Source: Eledone cirrhosa (taxonomy: Eukaryota). Taken from it: a stretch of DNA of 64,000 bases. This document shows, one piece after another, positions 24,071-36,200 of the stretch. The stretch is taken from positions 47,802,001 to 47,866,000 of the forward strand of contig OZ024747.1 in the NCBI GenBank assembly GCA_964016885.1. Direction: 5' to 3'. The notes below the pieces were generated by a model that was given only the letters and a program-made list of their open reading frames with translations, ran no database searches and was not told the origin of the DNA. Both the position numbers and the translations under genes were made by a program. How positions within the stretch are numbered: the stretch's first letter is position 1; each line of letters opens with the position of its first letter.

Positions 24071-25604
24071 GCAAACTTCTTTTCTCCCTTTGTGTCCTTC
24101 AGAGTACTTAACCCTTTTGATGCCAAACCACTTGAAACTAGTTTTATGATGAAAATCTATTTTTAAATGTTTATATTTTTCTAAAAACCTTCCATTATAA
24201 TTTTATGTAAGAACTTTTGTTACGATATGTTCCAAACACGTACTTAATGAGACACTTTTATTCCAAATTATTGATTATTTTCAAAATAATTTGAAAATAA
24301 TAAACATACTCTTCCATTAGAAACTTTAGAAATATGGTAATGAAAGAGATAAACAGTCATAAACTCACTTTTTCTATCAAACAATAAAAACATCAAACCA
24401 AACAATATTTTTGCTGTTTATAATTTGATATTGTATATGCCCGTGAGTCACATCTCCAGTTTACAGACATTTGATGTTTTGTAGGTCCAGTAGATGAACC
24501 ACATACTGATATTTACATTTTCATGGGGAAAGGTGCAACTTATACATTAAGAGAAACAATTATAAATATTCTTAGATCTATGTAGATATTAAACACTACT
24601 TAACTCAAATGTTACAACCCAATAAAATCTATTTATCCAGCTCCCTAATATAGGTAGATTCCATAATAAAGAGAGATTTTTCGTTATTTTTTTCCTCTTA
24701 AAATATAAATTTTTTTTCTGATACCAACCTGCTGAGACCATCATATGAAACTGTTTGATTAAAACTATATATTTAATGTTTGTCTCAAGCCCAGAAACCC
24801 ATCAGGTTGGAAATTACCCTGATTTCATGTGGTGTTAAGTGATTGAGAATACAAGATTATGTCCTGGATCGGATGCCAGTTCATCAGCTATGGCTGGTAT
24901 TTTTTTCCCTGCTGAGTGGACTGAAATAACATGAAATGACGTACTTTGAACAAGGATATAACATGCAGCCTGGTCTGGGGATTGAACTCACAACCTTATA
25001 ATTGAGAGCCCCACACATTCTTCACTTGACTTGAACAATATCACAAGAGCGGAATTTGGCAGGCAGAAACATCTAAACAGAGGCCGATCATATATATATA
25101 TATAGAAACAAGTAATGTTCCTATTACCCACTCTACTACCTAAGTATTGAGTACTCTGGTGCGTTATGGTCCATCTGGTTCCTTACCACAATTCCTTCGT
25201 TATATATATATATATGATGATGGAGAGATTCTGTGCTGAAGAGGACCTGTCCCACCTTTGCAAGCAGGGAAAACGGACGTAAAATGATAATGATGATGAT
25301 GATATATACTTGTGTGTGTGTGAGGGGGGGGGTATCTTTCACTAATATATATCAAATGACGTGAAAATTGGTGAGTAAATCAAGAAACCAGTGTTTTTCA
25401 AACATGGTTCATTGCTCTATTTTTTCCAGCATCTAGTTACTGGCATTTCTCACTTTCAATGTTTATTCTCAATGTGCAACAAGTAAAATAACTAACTTTC
25501 AACTTAATAATGCATAACCCTGTAACTCCTAATTGAATTGTAGGGGTACCATAGTGATATATGGCATTTAGATCTGGAAGAGCACATCTCAGCCTGAACA
25601 CAGT

Positions 25605-25810
25605 CAATTTCTGCCAGAGAAAGAGGGTGTGATGGGGGGGGGGGGTTTAGAATGAGACATAAAGGAAGAATCAACCGCTGTATTGACTGGTAATTCATTT
25701 ATCAACCGCAAAAGGATAAAAAACAAAGTTGGCCTTGGCAGGATTTGAACTAAGAGCACTGACTGAAGTATTTTACCTGTTGTTCTAACAACTTCTGCCA
25801 ATTTGCCACC
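25605..25810 (-). mobile_element. SINE family A copy, diverged
   Basis: gactggtaattcatttatcaacc..aaaggataaaaaacaaagttggccttggcaggatttgaact...ttctgccaatttgccacc. Confidence 0.7.
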
Positions 25811-26101
25811 TTAACTTAATAATAAAAACAAAACATATTTAAGTTATATTTGGAGAGGGTTCAGCTGTCATAAAATTGCCAAAAGAAATAGTAAAACACA
25901 CTCACTGTTTGGTTTGGTTTTCACTTTAGTGTATTTTTATATTTCTATAATTAATTTAGCTGGCAATAAATGTTTATCATTGATTGACCAACAGTTAAAA
26001 AAAATATCAATATGATTTATATTAATATTTTTACCTTGGCTGACTAACTTCAACAGAAGAAACAGTATATACAGACAACTTTCAATAGAAGGTACCATAT
26101 A

Positions 26102-26465
26102 CGAGGGGGCTTTAAGAAGTTTGTGGAAAAAGGACAGTTGGAAAAAACGGTTGAAGTTATGTTGTTTATTTTTCAACATATGCTCCATCTAGGTCAATAC
26201 ACTTCTCTGCAAGCGTTGATACCAACCTTTAAATCCATCTGTGTAAAACTGAGGGCCATGTGATTTAAGCCATGTCAAAGCAGCTTTTTTTTACATCTTT
26301 AACTGATGGAAAATGGGTAATTTCAATGACTTTTTCAGGTTTGGAAACAAAAAGAAGTCGGATGAGGCTAAATTGAGACTGTAAGGTGGGTGTTGGATGA
26401 TTTCCCATCGAAATTTGTGTAACACAGTTCATGTCTGCTGAGCGCCATGAGCGGGCACATTGTGG
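26102..26465 (-). mobile_element. Degenerate mariner transposon, 3' end
   Basis: TA-CGAGGGGG terminus. Minus strand gives HPPYSLNLASSDFFLFPNLKK (YSPDL-type motif) with frameshifts. Confidence 0.8.
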
Positions 26466-26889
26466 TTGCTCTCAGTATAACAAGTAAGTTAGTTATATTA
26501 CTAAATCTTTCCAAATAAAAACATTCTATCATAACTTGAAATAAGATCCTTTGTTAAATTATGTTCCAAACCATAGCTTATTAATGAGAAAGTTATAATA
26601 CTAAATCCCGAGTTTTTGATTACTTTCAAAATTATCAAAAAATCATAATTTATCTTTCATCAGAAACAAGGTAATAAAAGGGTTGAATAGTAAAACCAGA
26701 GTATTATAAACAGAAATTGGGGATGCAACTAAAGTAACCATTATCAATCTCTTGATAACCTTTAGAAAATGTCAAATTGAAAATTTAAAAAAATACTGTC
26801 TCGATTAACAGCAACAAAACAAAGAAAACTAATGTCTCTATCTTTGTTCAGATATCAAGAATCTGAGCCAAGCCATTCATGCTTCTTAC

Positions 26890-26970
26890 CATTACTACTA
26901 TCAAGATTACTCTTTTCTCTGATTTTTTTCATCCATTGGTCCACAATACCACCAGCCAAATTTTTGATTC
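26890..26970 (-). CDS. PPP1R10: Internal coding exon of PNUTS-like gene (last helix of the TFIIS N-terminal domain)
   Basis: Acceptor gtgttttttttttcag, donor gtaaga, 81 nt. IKNLAGGIVDQWMKKIREKS resembles the LRKLASVLVSDWMAVIR helix of PNUTS TFIIS-N. Phase fits the next exon. Confidence 0.88.
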
Positions 26971-27234
26971 CTGAAAAAAAAAACACAACAAAGATATTAA
27001 CAAAATATTCAAATTTATTCTAAGTTACTGTTACATTTTGGAAAATAGAATACCAAATTTAAAATTTAAAAACATTTTTTGTTACAAAAGAAAGTCTTGA
27101 TTGACGGCAACAAAACAAAAAAAAAGAACAAAAAAAATTGGTCGTGCCCCAGCGTGACCTAAGCCTGTCATCTGGAATATGTAATTGTGTACAAAAGTAA
27201 TGTCTCTATCTTTGATCAGATAACAAGAGTGGTG

Positions 27235-28000
27235 TCAAGACTGGTGGGTGTAGGATCATTCAGCTGGAATTTGTGGACATGGTATTACTTAATTTGTCAG
27301 ATGATCTCTGACATGTATTTGATAGGTTTGCTGCCGAGTATTGCACAGCAAGAATGAAAATCAGTGCTGTGGAGACTAAGACACTCATCCTCTCAAGGAA
27401 AATTGCGCAGTGCACTCTATATGTGAATGGAATTTCACTGAAGCAGGTGGAGAAGTTCAAGTATCTCGGGGCCATGTCCATGACTGATGGAAGGCTGAAG
27501 GCTGAATTAAGTGCAAGAATTGAAGGAGCTGGTTCAGTAAAGTGCCAGCTTCAGTATTCAGTCATCAGAAGAAAGTTTTGGGTAATGACCAAAAAAATAC
27601 AATTGCGAACACAAGTGGTCGAAATGGGTTCCCTCCAAAGGGTCTTTGGAGTAAAGTTACTCAATAGAGTGAGTAGCTGGAAGATCAGGGAGACACTGGA
27701 ATTTGTGGACAACATGGTATTGCATAAAGGATATGTACTTAGAATGTCCAAGGAAAGAATCGCTGGACAGATTTTATTGGCAAAACCAACCAGCAAGAGA
27801 CCCAGGAGTAGATCCCAAAAAAGATGATTGGATAACATCCATGAGCTCAGCTGGTCTTGCTTAGGGACCCAGCCGGATTAATTGGATTCGGCTGCTTCTG
27901 ACAGGACTCACTGAAAGGCGTGCTTCGTAACTCTGCCCCCACAACCCTCCCAGAATATGGTGGGAAGTAGAGGAAGAGGAGAGGAGGTAATGATGATGAT
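27235..28000 (+). mobile_element. Degenerate RTE-type LINE 3' fragment (different subfamily)
   Basis: ORF 27354..27827: MKISAVETK, LKQVEKFKYLG, KRPRSRS..RW-like C-terminus, with internal deletions and a purine/GAT tail. Confidence 0.8.
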
Positions 28001-29416
28001 GAAACAAAGTTGCTGGTTAGGCAGTGGGGCTGGGGATTATAGATTTAACTCTAATAGATGTTGAATTAAACTAGGCTCTCTTACATTGATACACATAGAT
28101 CTTTGAGGGTGAATAAAAGCTTAGCAGTTCACAAGGGGTGAATTTCTTCAGTTGTGTTAAAGTCGTGGCAACCTCCCCAGAGTTGGTGATCTACATGATA
28201 AACACACTCAGTGCATTTTGTAAAGCAGTTGGTGATAGAAAGAGTATCAAGCTGTAGGAAACCTGCTAAAGAGTCAGAGGGAACTCTTCAGCTATGTAAA
28301 GGACATGAAGCCTCTGTGTTGACACCATTATAAAATACATTCAGTAGAGTGGGGGAACATTTTGTAAGCAAGATGTGTTGCCCCAGCCTGCCCAAGCACA
28401 AGAGAATAACTAAGTGAGTTGCAAGGCCTGGGCCCATCTCAGAGATCAGTAGCTCCACTTGAGTACTGACTTAGTCTGTGATGACTTGTCCAACCATTGC
28501 TTGCAAGGAGAGATGGATGTTAAATGATGATGTTGGTTATAATCCCATTATAATAGAACAAGAATCACTGGATCATGTAGCCTAGCTGCCAGATATTGCA
28601 CACAGCAGAATGCTTGATTAACATATCTACCACAACTTCCACACACTTTCACGAAACAAAGACATGACCTCGTACAGATGACATTACACACATGTTCTCA
28701 TACAATTCTCTTATACACTAAAAACAACAAATTTAAAGTATTTTTTTCTTACTAGCAACACCAAAAAACATCATATACAACCAACCATCACACATGCAGA
28801 GCACACAAACATAGAAACCAAAAATACTTGGAATTACATACAACACTTCCACAATATTCACAACACATATAGAAAACAGGAAGGAGAATGCAAAGATGGA
28901 CAAACATACTTAGAACAATCACTGATACCACATATTGCCAACAAACAGAAACAATAATGATATCCGAAAAATACAATATTCGTCCAGGTCCCTAACTGAA
29001 AAGCTAATGTTACACCAGTGTTTTTGTGTCCTAACCAAGACATTATTTGCTGTCTTTACTTCCAGTGAAAATAACCAACACCCAGTACATTCTGTAAAGT
29101 GGTAGCAATGGAACAGAGACAATATAGAAAAGAGCCATTTGTTCTACTGAGAATATGACCATTTCACTAACATCCATCAGTCTCAAACTATGACAATCTG
29201 CCCCAACCCATGCCAGCATGGAAATCATGATGATAATGATGATGATTACATGTAGCTATTTACTGTTCTGTAGACTGTTAACTAGTCAACTTTATTTATA
29301 AATATATAAGTAGAATGCACCTATGGGTTAGTAAAAAAAAAAATGTTTCTACATGCTCCTTTAGAAAGTTTATCTTTTTTTACTATGCCAAGTTAGTAGA
29401 TCATTTGTGTTACCAA

Positions 29417-29451
<35 letters not shown>

Positions 29452-29495
29452 CCACCACCACTACTACTAAACTATTTGTTTCAGTAATCCACGTA

Positions 29496-30271
29496 TTCTC
29501 AGGTCTTGAATAACCCCATCCATTAATTTTTCAGATTCCTCCACCCCCACCCCTAATTAAATTTTGCTAATCTATCTCCAGCGAAATGTTATTGTAAGTG
29601 ATTCATATTGATACAGCAGCTGGAGAATCTAATAATAATTTCATTTTACATTAAAAAACATATGACAAAAAAAAGAAAAAGGACATTACAAGAAATTCCA
29701 TATTTACGAACACTAGCAGAAAAACCACACTTCGGGTGGTTTTCTGCTAACATGTAGTGTGTATATTGATATCATACGCAAGTATATATGCATGTAGATA
29801 TGATACATCAAATAAAATCGTATTTGACAATATACACAGAAATTGAACGAAGACTGTGTTACACTCTCTTATGTAATCAGTAACGTAATCCATGATACAT
29901 TAAAAAAAGACGATATTATATATAAACTGCATTAGGAGAAAATTAGTGACAGAAATATATGAATGTCTATTTAAACGATCACTAACCGGAAGTGTTGACA
30001 TTTGAAAATTTTAAAGAAGTGAATCTTTAAATAAGTAATAACATATATTTAATGAACAGCCACAAAATTTAGTGGATAAATTATGTAATATTCATTGATT
30101 ATTTATTCAAAGTAATCCAACTTATTTTACTAAGGGGATAAAAAATTATAAACCGTACACAGTCCCGCGCTTCTTACTTTATTATAGTTTAGATATACTG
30201 TACAATTACCCCTCCCCTCTTATAAGAATTTAAGCAAATGTCCAACCCCTTTATTATTTGGGACCCGAGAG
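29496..30271. mobile_element. Putative TA-flanked MITE hosting a Helitron
   Basis: Imperfect TIRs TA|TTCTCAGGTCTTGAATAA and TTATTTGGGACCCGAGAG|TA, with C-rich subterminal tracts. Confidence 0.45.
29713..30193 (-). mobile_element. Non-autonomous Helitron-like element
   Basis: Minus strand starts TC(TAAACTATAATAAA) and ends CTAG, preceded by a hairpin (AGCAGAAAACCAC..GTGGTTTTTCTGCT). Inserted between A and T with no TSD. Confidence 0.7.
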
Positions 30272-32165
30272 TACCAGTCCAGTGCTGTGGTCCAATCTTC
30301 TATATCTTTTACTCACTTCATCTCTATCAATCTCTCTTTCTCTTCTTCAATGGAAGACATCAAATGTGTTCAGACCTGGAGAGGTGATGTCCTCAAGACA
30401 TGAAGTGTGACATTACGACACCCCTATGACTTCTTTAGGAATTACGGGTTCATCCATTCTCTACAGAGGGAGAAAGGTTTTGTTGCAGTTGACTAAATTC
30501 CACAAACACCACCACACTCAACATTCTCCATTATGCTACTGGTATCCCCAGTTCCAAGCATTAATTATACCATATAGGTAATAAACAACAAACATTTTGA
30601 GGTGATTTTTCCCTGTTAAAGCAGGAGTTAGTCTTGTGGACCCCTATGACAAGCTCTCATACTCATCATGGGGTTTTCAAAGTCAATGTTTTATAGCTGG
30701 ATGCCCTTCCTGTTACCAACCCTTTTAGTCACCTCTTAAGACAAAGAGAGATATGGTGTACCTATTCTAAACCCGATACATACAAGCATGTAGGTCATAA
30801 ACCAAATGGTAAATTTATATTTTCATGGTTACATTCATTCAGTTATCTCCACCAGTACATTTATTTGTTGTCGTGGTTGTTATGACTCATCCCATATTTA
30901 GCCAGCTGGTTTCTTAATGATAGGGACTGCAGTCCTATTATGTCAGCATTTTTCTGGTGGCAAGTAAAATTTGAACTCAGAATAAACTGAGCCGACACAG
31001 ATACCACAAAGCATCACATCCATAACTCTAACAAACTCATTAATCTTCCAACTTAAACTGGTATGAAAAGCAAAGTTGACCCTGGCAAGGTTTGAAATCA
31101 GAACACAGGGAGCAGGAACAAATAACGCAAGGCATTTTATTTGATGCTTTAACAACTCTGTCAAGTTGGTGCCTTGGTATCTGGTACAGGTAATATTCAA
31201 GTTTTCAGTCACCCGTGTGGAATTTCACCACATCTACAGTGATCACACGATAAAGAGATCCTGCTTATTCTATTTTTTCCCTTACATGACCACTCTTTTG
31301 AAGCTGTTCTTCACTTGAAGCTCCTGTTAGTATCTAGTTACTAATTCATTCTTGGCCAGGTTTTCACATTCACATATTTTTACAAAATGTTGGAGTGTTG
31401 TACTTGTTTGGCAAGTGACTCAATTCAAGACTTTGTTGAAACATAATTTACATAGAAAAGACATTTTAGCAATTCAAAGAAAGAAGTTGATTTTTCAGAT
31501 TGTACCAGTGACAGGAGGCAGAATTTGAACTCAGAATACACAGAGCCAAAACATATACCACAAGACAACCTTGTCAGAGACTAATAGAATTATAAGCCAC
31601 CCCCACCCCCCAAAGTGGTAGTTTATCAACACCAAAAGTATAAACGGCAAAGTTGATTTGGCAGAACTCAGAGATTTGGAACAAATACCATAAAGCATCC
31701 TTTCCAATGCCTTAATGACTGACAAGGTTAAGAATGTGACAGAAATTTTGACACCAGGAAATAAATGAATGATGAATATAAGTATGTGTGCGTGCGCAAA
31801 GGTATGGCATGTGTGTAATGGCTAAAATAACTCTTCCATGATGCTGCAATTGAATGTGTATTCAATTTTTCTTTACTGAAAACATAGAGGAGCATCAGTA
31901 CATTTATGTTGCCAATAATTAGATTACTGAGAAGACGAGGTTGAAGATATTTATTTGTATAGTATTTACTAGACTTACTGACAATGTACACAATAATGTT
32001 ACATCTGCATATATACAGTATAGAGGTAACCAAGACTGTGTAAATGTGTATAGAATATCTTAACTACCAACACAGGTGTTAATAATATGCAAATTTCAGG
32101 ATAATATTATAAGTGATAAGGTATATAAGCCCTTCGGTTACATATTTCCTAGTGGTTGCTTAGAT

Positions 32166-33010
32166 TAGGCATGTCAGACTGAGGGGCCTCCGAGGGCCAC
32201 ATGGCTCACATATGTGTTGTCTGAGGGCTACACTTGACAACTTATTGCGCACATTACAACTAATAATTTTTATTTTATACTAGCAATGCTACCCGGCGTT
32301 GCATGGGATAAGGTATTTTGGAACGGGCCGCCAACAAACCTAATCGTGGAAAAACTGTATGCCTGGACAATATGTAAAGAAAATAAACCGAATACTCTGA
32401 TGGCTGGATAATCTTTAACATTTTCCTCGATGAAGAAGGAAAAATGCAGGTTTTCACCTAATGCGGGCCCTAGGGGATCAAGAAAATGAATTTTTTTTAT
32501 GTGCATAATATGCCTTGAAATTTCAGTAAAATCGGTTAGACGTAACGCCTCAAAAAAGCCATAAAAGCTGAAAGAATGAAGTTTTTCACCTAATGCGGGC
32601 CCTAGGCCATAAAAGCTGAAAGAATGAAGTTTTTCACCTAATGCGGGCCCTAGGCCATAAAAAAGTTGAATGTTCTTTGCTCACAGTATGAAGAAGAGAC
32701 TGAATAATACATAGTTACAAATTCAAGGAAATCGGTCTGACGTAATACCTCAAAAAACCCTAAAATGCTGAAAAAAAAGCAGTTTTTCACCTAATGCGAG
32801 CCCTAGGGGATCAATAATTTTTTATGTGCATAACACTCCCTGAAACATAAGCAATACTCTTGTAAAGTTTGAAAAAAATCGGTTGGGTACTTCTCGAGTT
32901 TTAGGGATTCACACACACACACATCATCAGTTTTATATATATAGATGATGAAGATAAAACATGCTCGCACTGTAAAAACCTTTTTGCGGGCCGCATGTTT
33001 GACATGCCTG
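32166..33010. mobile_element. hAT (Charlie-like) MITE hosting a Helitron
   Basis: TIRs TAGGCATGTCAGAC / GTTTGACATGCCTG; 8-bp TSD GCTTAGAT / GTTTAGAT (7 of 8 match). Confidence 0.82.
32280..32945 (-). mobile_element. Complete non-autonomous Helitron-like element with internal tandem repeats
   Basis: A|TCTATATATATAAAAC ... CCCATGCAACGCCGGG hairpin ... CTAG|T. Motif TTTTCACCTAATGCGRGCCCTAGG occurs four times inside. Confidence 0.82.
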
Positions 33011-33140
33011 GTTTAGATGATATATAAACCTTCTGATGAAGACGCAACTAGGTTTGGAAGACAATTAAAGGTGTTTATCCTTATTTTTCAATTTACAGGG
33101 AAATACGTATATTTAGGATGTTTACACATCAATATGCTAA

Positions 33141-33293
33141 ATCAACCCCAGTACTTGACTAGTAATTTATTTTACTAACCTTACCAAGATTAAAGGTAAA
33201 GTTGACCTGAGTGGGATTTGAACTCGGAGTGTAAAAAGCTGTAACTAAATATTCTGAAGCATTTTGTTTAGCAATTCTGCCAATCCACTATCC
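33141..33293 (-). mobile_element. SINE family A copy whose head is the first monomer of the satellite
   Basis: Colinear with 309-461: accccagtacttgact, aaaggtaaagttgacct, B box GAGTTCAAATCCC (33213-33225, minus), taactaaat, agcattttgt, ttctgccaatccact. Confidence 0.85.
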
Positions 33294-36200
33294 TTAGATA
33301 ACATTTGTCTGGTGATCTAACAATTCTGCCAATCCACTGTCCTTAGATAAGATTTTGTCTGGGGATATAACAATTTTGCCAATCCACTGTCCTTAGATAA
33401 CATTTTGTCTGCGGATCTAACAATTCTGCCGATCCACTGCGCTCAGATAACATTTTGTCCGACAATCTAACAATACTGCCAATCCACTGTCCTTAGATAA
33501 CATTTTGTCTGGGGATCTAACAATTCTGCGAATCCACTGCCCTCAGATAACATTTTGACTGGGGACCTAACAATTCTGCCAATCCACTGTCCTCAGATAA
33601 CATTTTGTCTGGCGATCTAACAATTCTGCCAATCTACTGCCCTCAGATAACATTTTGTCTGGCCATCTAACAATTCTGCAGATCCACTCCTTAGATAACA
33701 TTTTGTTTGGGGAGCTAACAATTCTGCCAATCCACTGGCCTTAGATAAGATTTTGTCTGGGGATCTAACAATTCTGCCAATACACTGCCCTCATAACATT
33801 TTTCTGGCAATCTAACAATTATGCCAATCCACTGTCCTTAGATAACATTTTGTCTCGGGATCTAACAATTCTGCCAATCCATTGCCCTCAGATAACATTT
33901 TGTCTGGCAATCTAACAATTCTGCCAATCCACTGTCCTCAGATAACATTTTGTCTGGCGATCTAACAATTCTGCCAATCTACTGCCCTCAGATAACATTT
34001 TGTCTGGCCATCTAACAATTCTGCAGATCCACTCCTTAGATAACATTTTGTTTGGGGAGCTAACAATTCTGCCAATCCACTGGCCTTAGATAAGATTTTG
34101 TCTGGGGATCTAACAATTCTGCCAATACACTGCCCTCATAACATTTTTCTGGCAATCTAACAATTATGCCAATCCACTGTCCTTAGATAACATTTTGTCT
34201 CGGGATCTAACAATTCTGCCAATCCATTGCCCTCAGATAACATTTTGTCTGGCAATCTAACAATTCTGCCAATCCACTGCCCTCAGATAACATTTTGTCT
34301 GGGGATCTAACAATTCTGCCAATCCACTGTCCTTAGATAACAATTTGTCTGGCGATCTAACAATTCTGCCAATCCACTGCCCTCAAATAACATTTTGTCT
34401 GGCAATCTAACAATTCGGCCAATCCACTGCTCTCAAATAACATTTTGTCTGGCGATCTAACAATTCTGCCAATCCACAGCCCTCAGATAACATTTTGTCT
34501 GGCCATCTAACAATTCTGCCAATCAAGTCCTTAGATAACATTTTGTCTGGGTATCTAACACTTCTGCCAATCCACTGTCCTTAGATGAGATTTTGTCTGG
34601 GGATCTAACAATTATGCCAATCCACTGTCCTCATAACATTTTGTCTGGCAATCTAACAATTCTGCCATTCCACTGCCCTCAGATAACATTTTGTCTGGCA
34701 ATCTAACAATTCTGCCAATCCACTGTCCTTAGATAACATTTTGTCTGGGAATCTAACAATTCTGCCAATCCACTGCCCTCATATAAGATTTTGTGTGGGC
34801 ATCTAACAATTCTGCCAATCCTCTGTCCTTAGATAAGATTTTGTCTGGGGATCTAACAATTCTGCCAATCCACTGCCCTCATAAAATATTGTCTGGCAAT
34901 CTAACAATTCTGCCATTCCACTGCCCTCAGATAACATTGTCAGGCAATCTAACAATTCTGCCAATGCACTGTCCTTAGAGAACATTGTCTTGGATCTAAC
35001 AATTCTGCCAATCCACTGTCCTTAGATAAGATTTTGTCTGGGGATCGAACAATTCTGCCAATCCACTGCCCTCATAACATTTTGTCTGGCAATCTAACAA
35101 TTCTGCCATTCCACTGCCCTCAGATAACATTTTGTCGGGCAATCTAACAATTCTGCCAATCCACTGTCCTTAGATAATATTTTGTCTGGGAATCTAACAA
35201 TTCTGCCAATCCACTGTCCTTAGATAACATTTTGTCTGGCAATCTAACAATTCTGCCAATCCACTGTCCTTAGATAACATTTTGTCTGGGGATCTAACAA
35301 TTCTGCCAATCCACTGCCCTCAGATAACATTTTGTCTGGCAATCTAACAAATCTGCCAATGCACAGTCCTTAGAGAACATTGTCTTGGATCTAATAATTC
35401 TGCCAATCCACTGACCTCAGATAACATTTTGTCTGGCAATCTAACAATTCTGCCAATCCACTGCCCTCAGATTACAATGTATTGGATCTAACAATTCTGC
35501 CAATCCAATGCCCTCAGATAACATTTTGTCTGGGGATCTAACAAATCTGCCAATCCACTGCCCTCAGATAACATTTTGTCTGGAGATCTAACAATTCTGC
35601 CAATCCACTGTCCTTAGATAACATTTTGTCTGGGGATCTAACAATTCTGACAATCCACTGCCCTCATAACATTTTGTCTGGCAATCTAACAATTCTGCCA
35701 ATCCACTGTCCTTAGATAACATTTTGTCTGGGGATCAAACAATTCTGCCAATCCACTGTCCTTAGATAACATTTTATTTGGGTATCTAACAATTCTGCCA
35801 ATCCACTGCCCTCAGATAACATTTGTCTGGCAATCTAACAATTATGAAAATCAACTGCCCTCATAAAATTTTGTCTGGCAATCTAACAATTCTGCCATTC
35901 CACTGCCCTCATATAACATATTGTCTGGCAATCTAACAACTCTGCCAATGCACTGTCCTTAGAGAACATTGTCTTGGATCTAACAATTCTGCCAATCCAC
36001 TGCCCTCAGATAACATTTTGTCTGGAAATCTAACAATTCTGAAATAAACTGCCCTCAGATAACATTTTATCTAGGGATCTAACAATTCTGCCAATCCACT
36101 GCCCTCATATAACATTTTGTGTGGAGATCTAACAATTCGGCCAATCCACAAGCCTCAGATAACATTTTGTCTGGCAATCTAACAATTCTGCCAATCCACT

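Noticed and set aside
30317-30375. Exon-like segment on the minus strand (ctctccag ... gtgagt)
   Set aside because: It has stops in all three frames and no resemblance to PNUTS. It could only be a cryptic or poison exon, and nothing here supports that.
33026-33076. Third hammerhead-like motif (CCTT-CTGATGA-AGAC...AAGG)
   Set aside because: The GAAA box is absent (GGAAG) and stem III cannot be formed convincingly.
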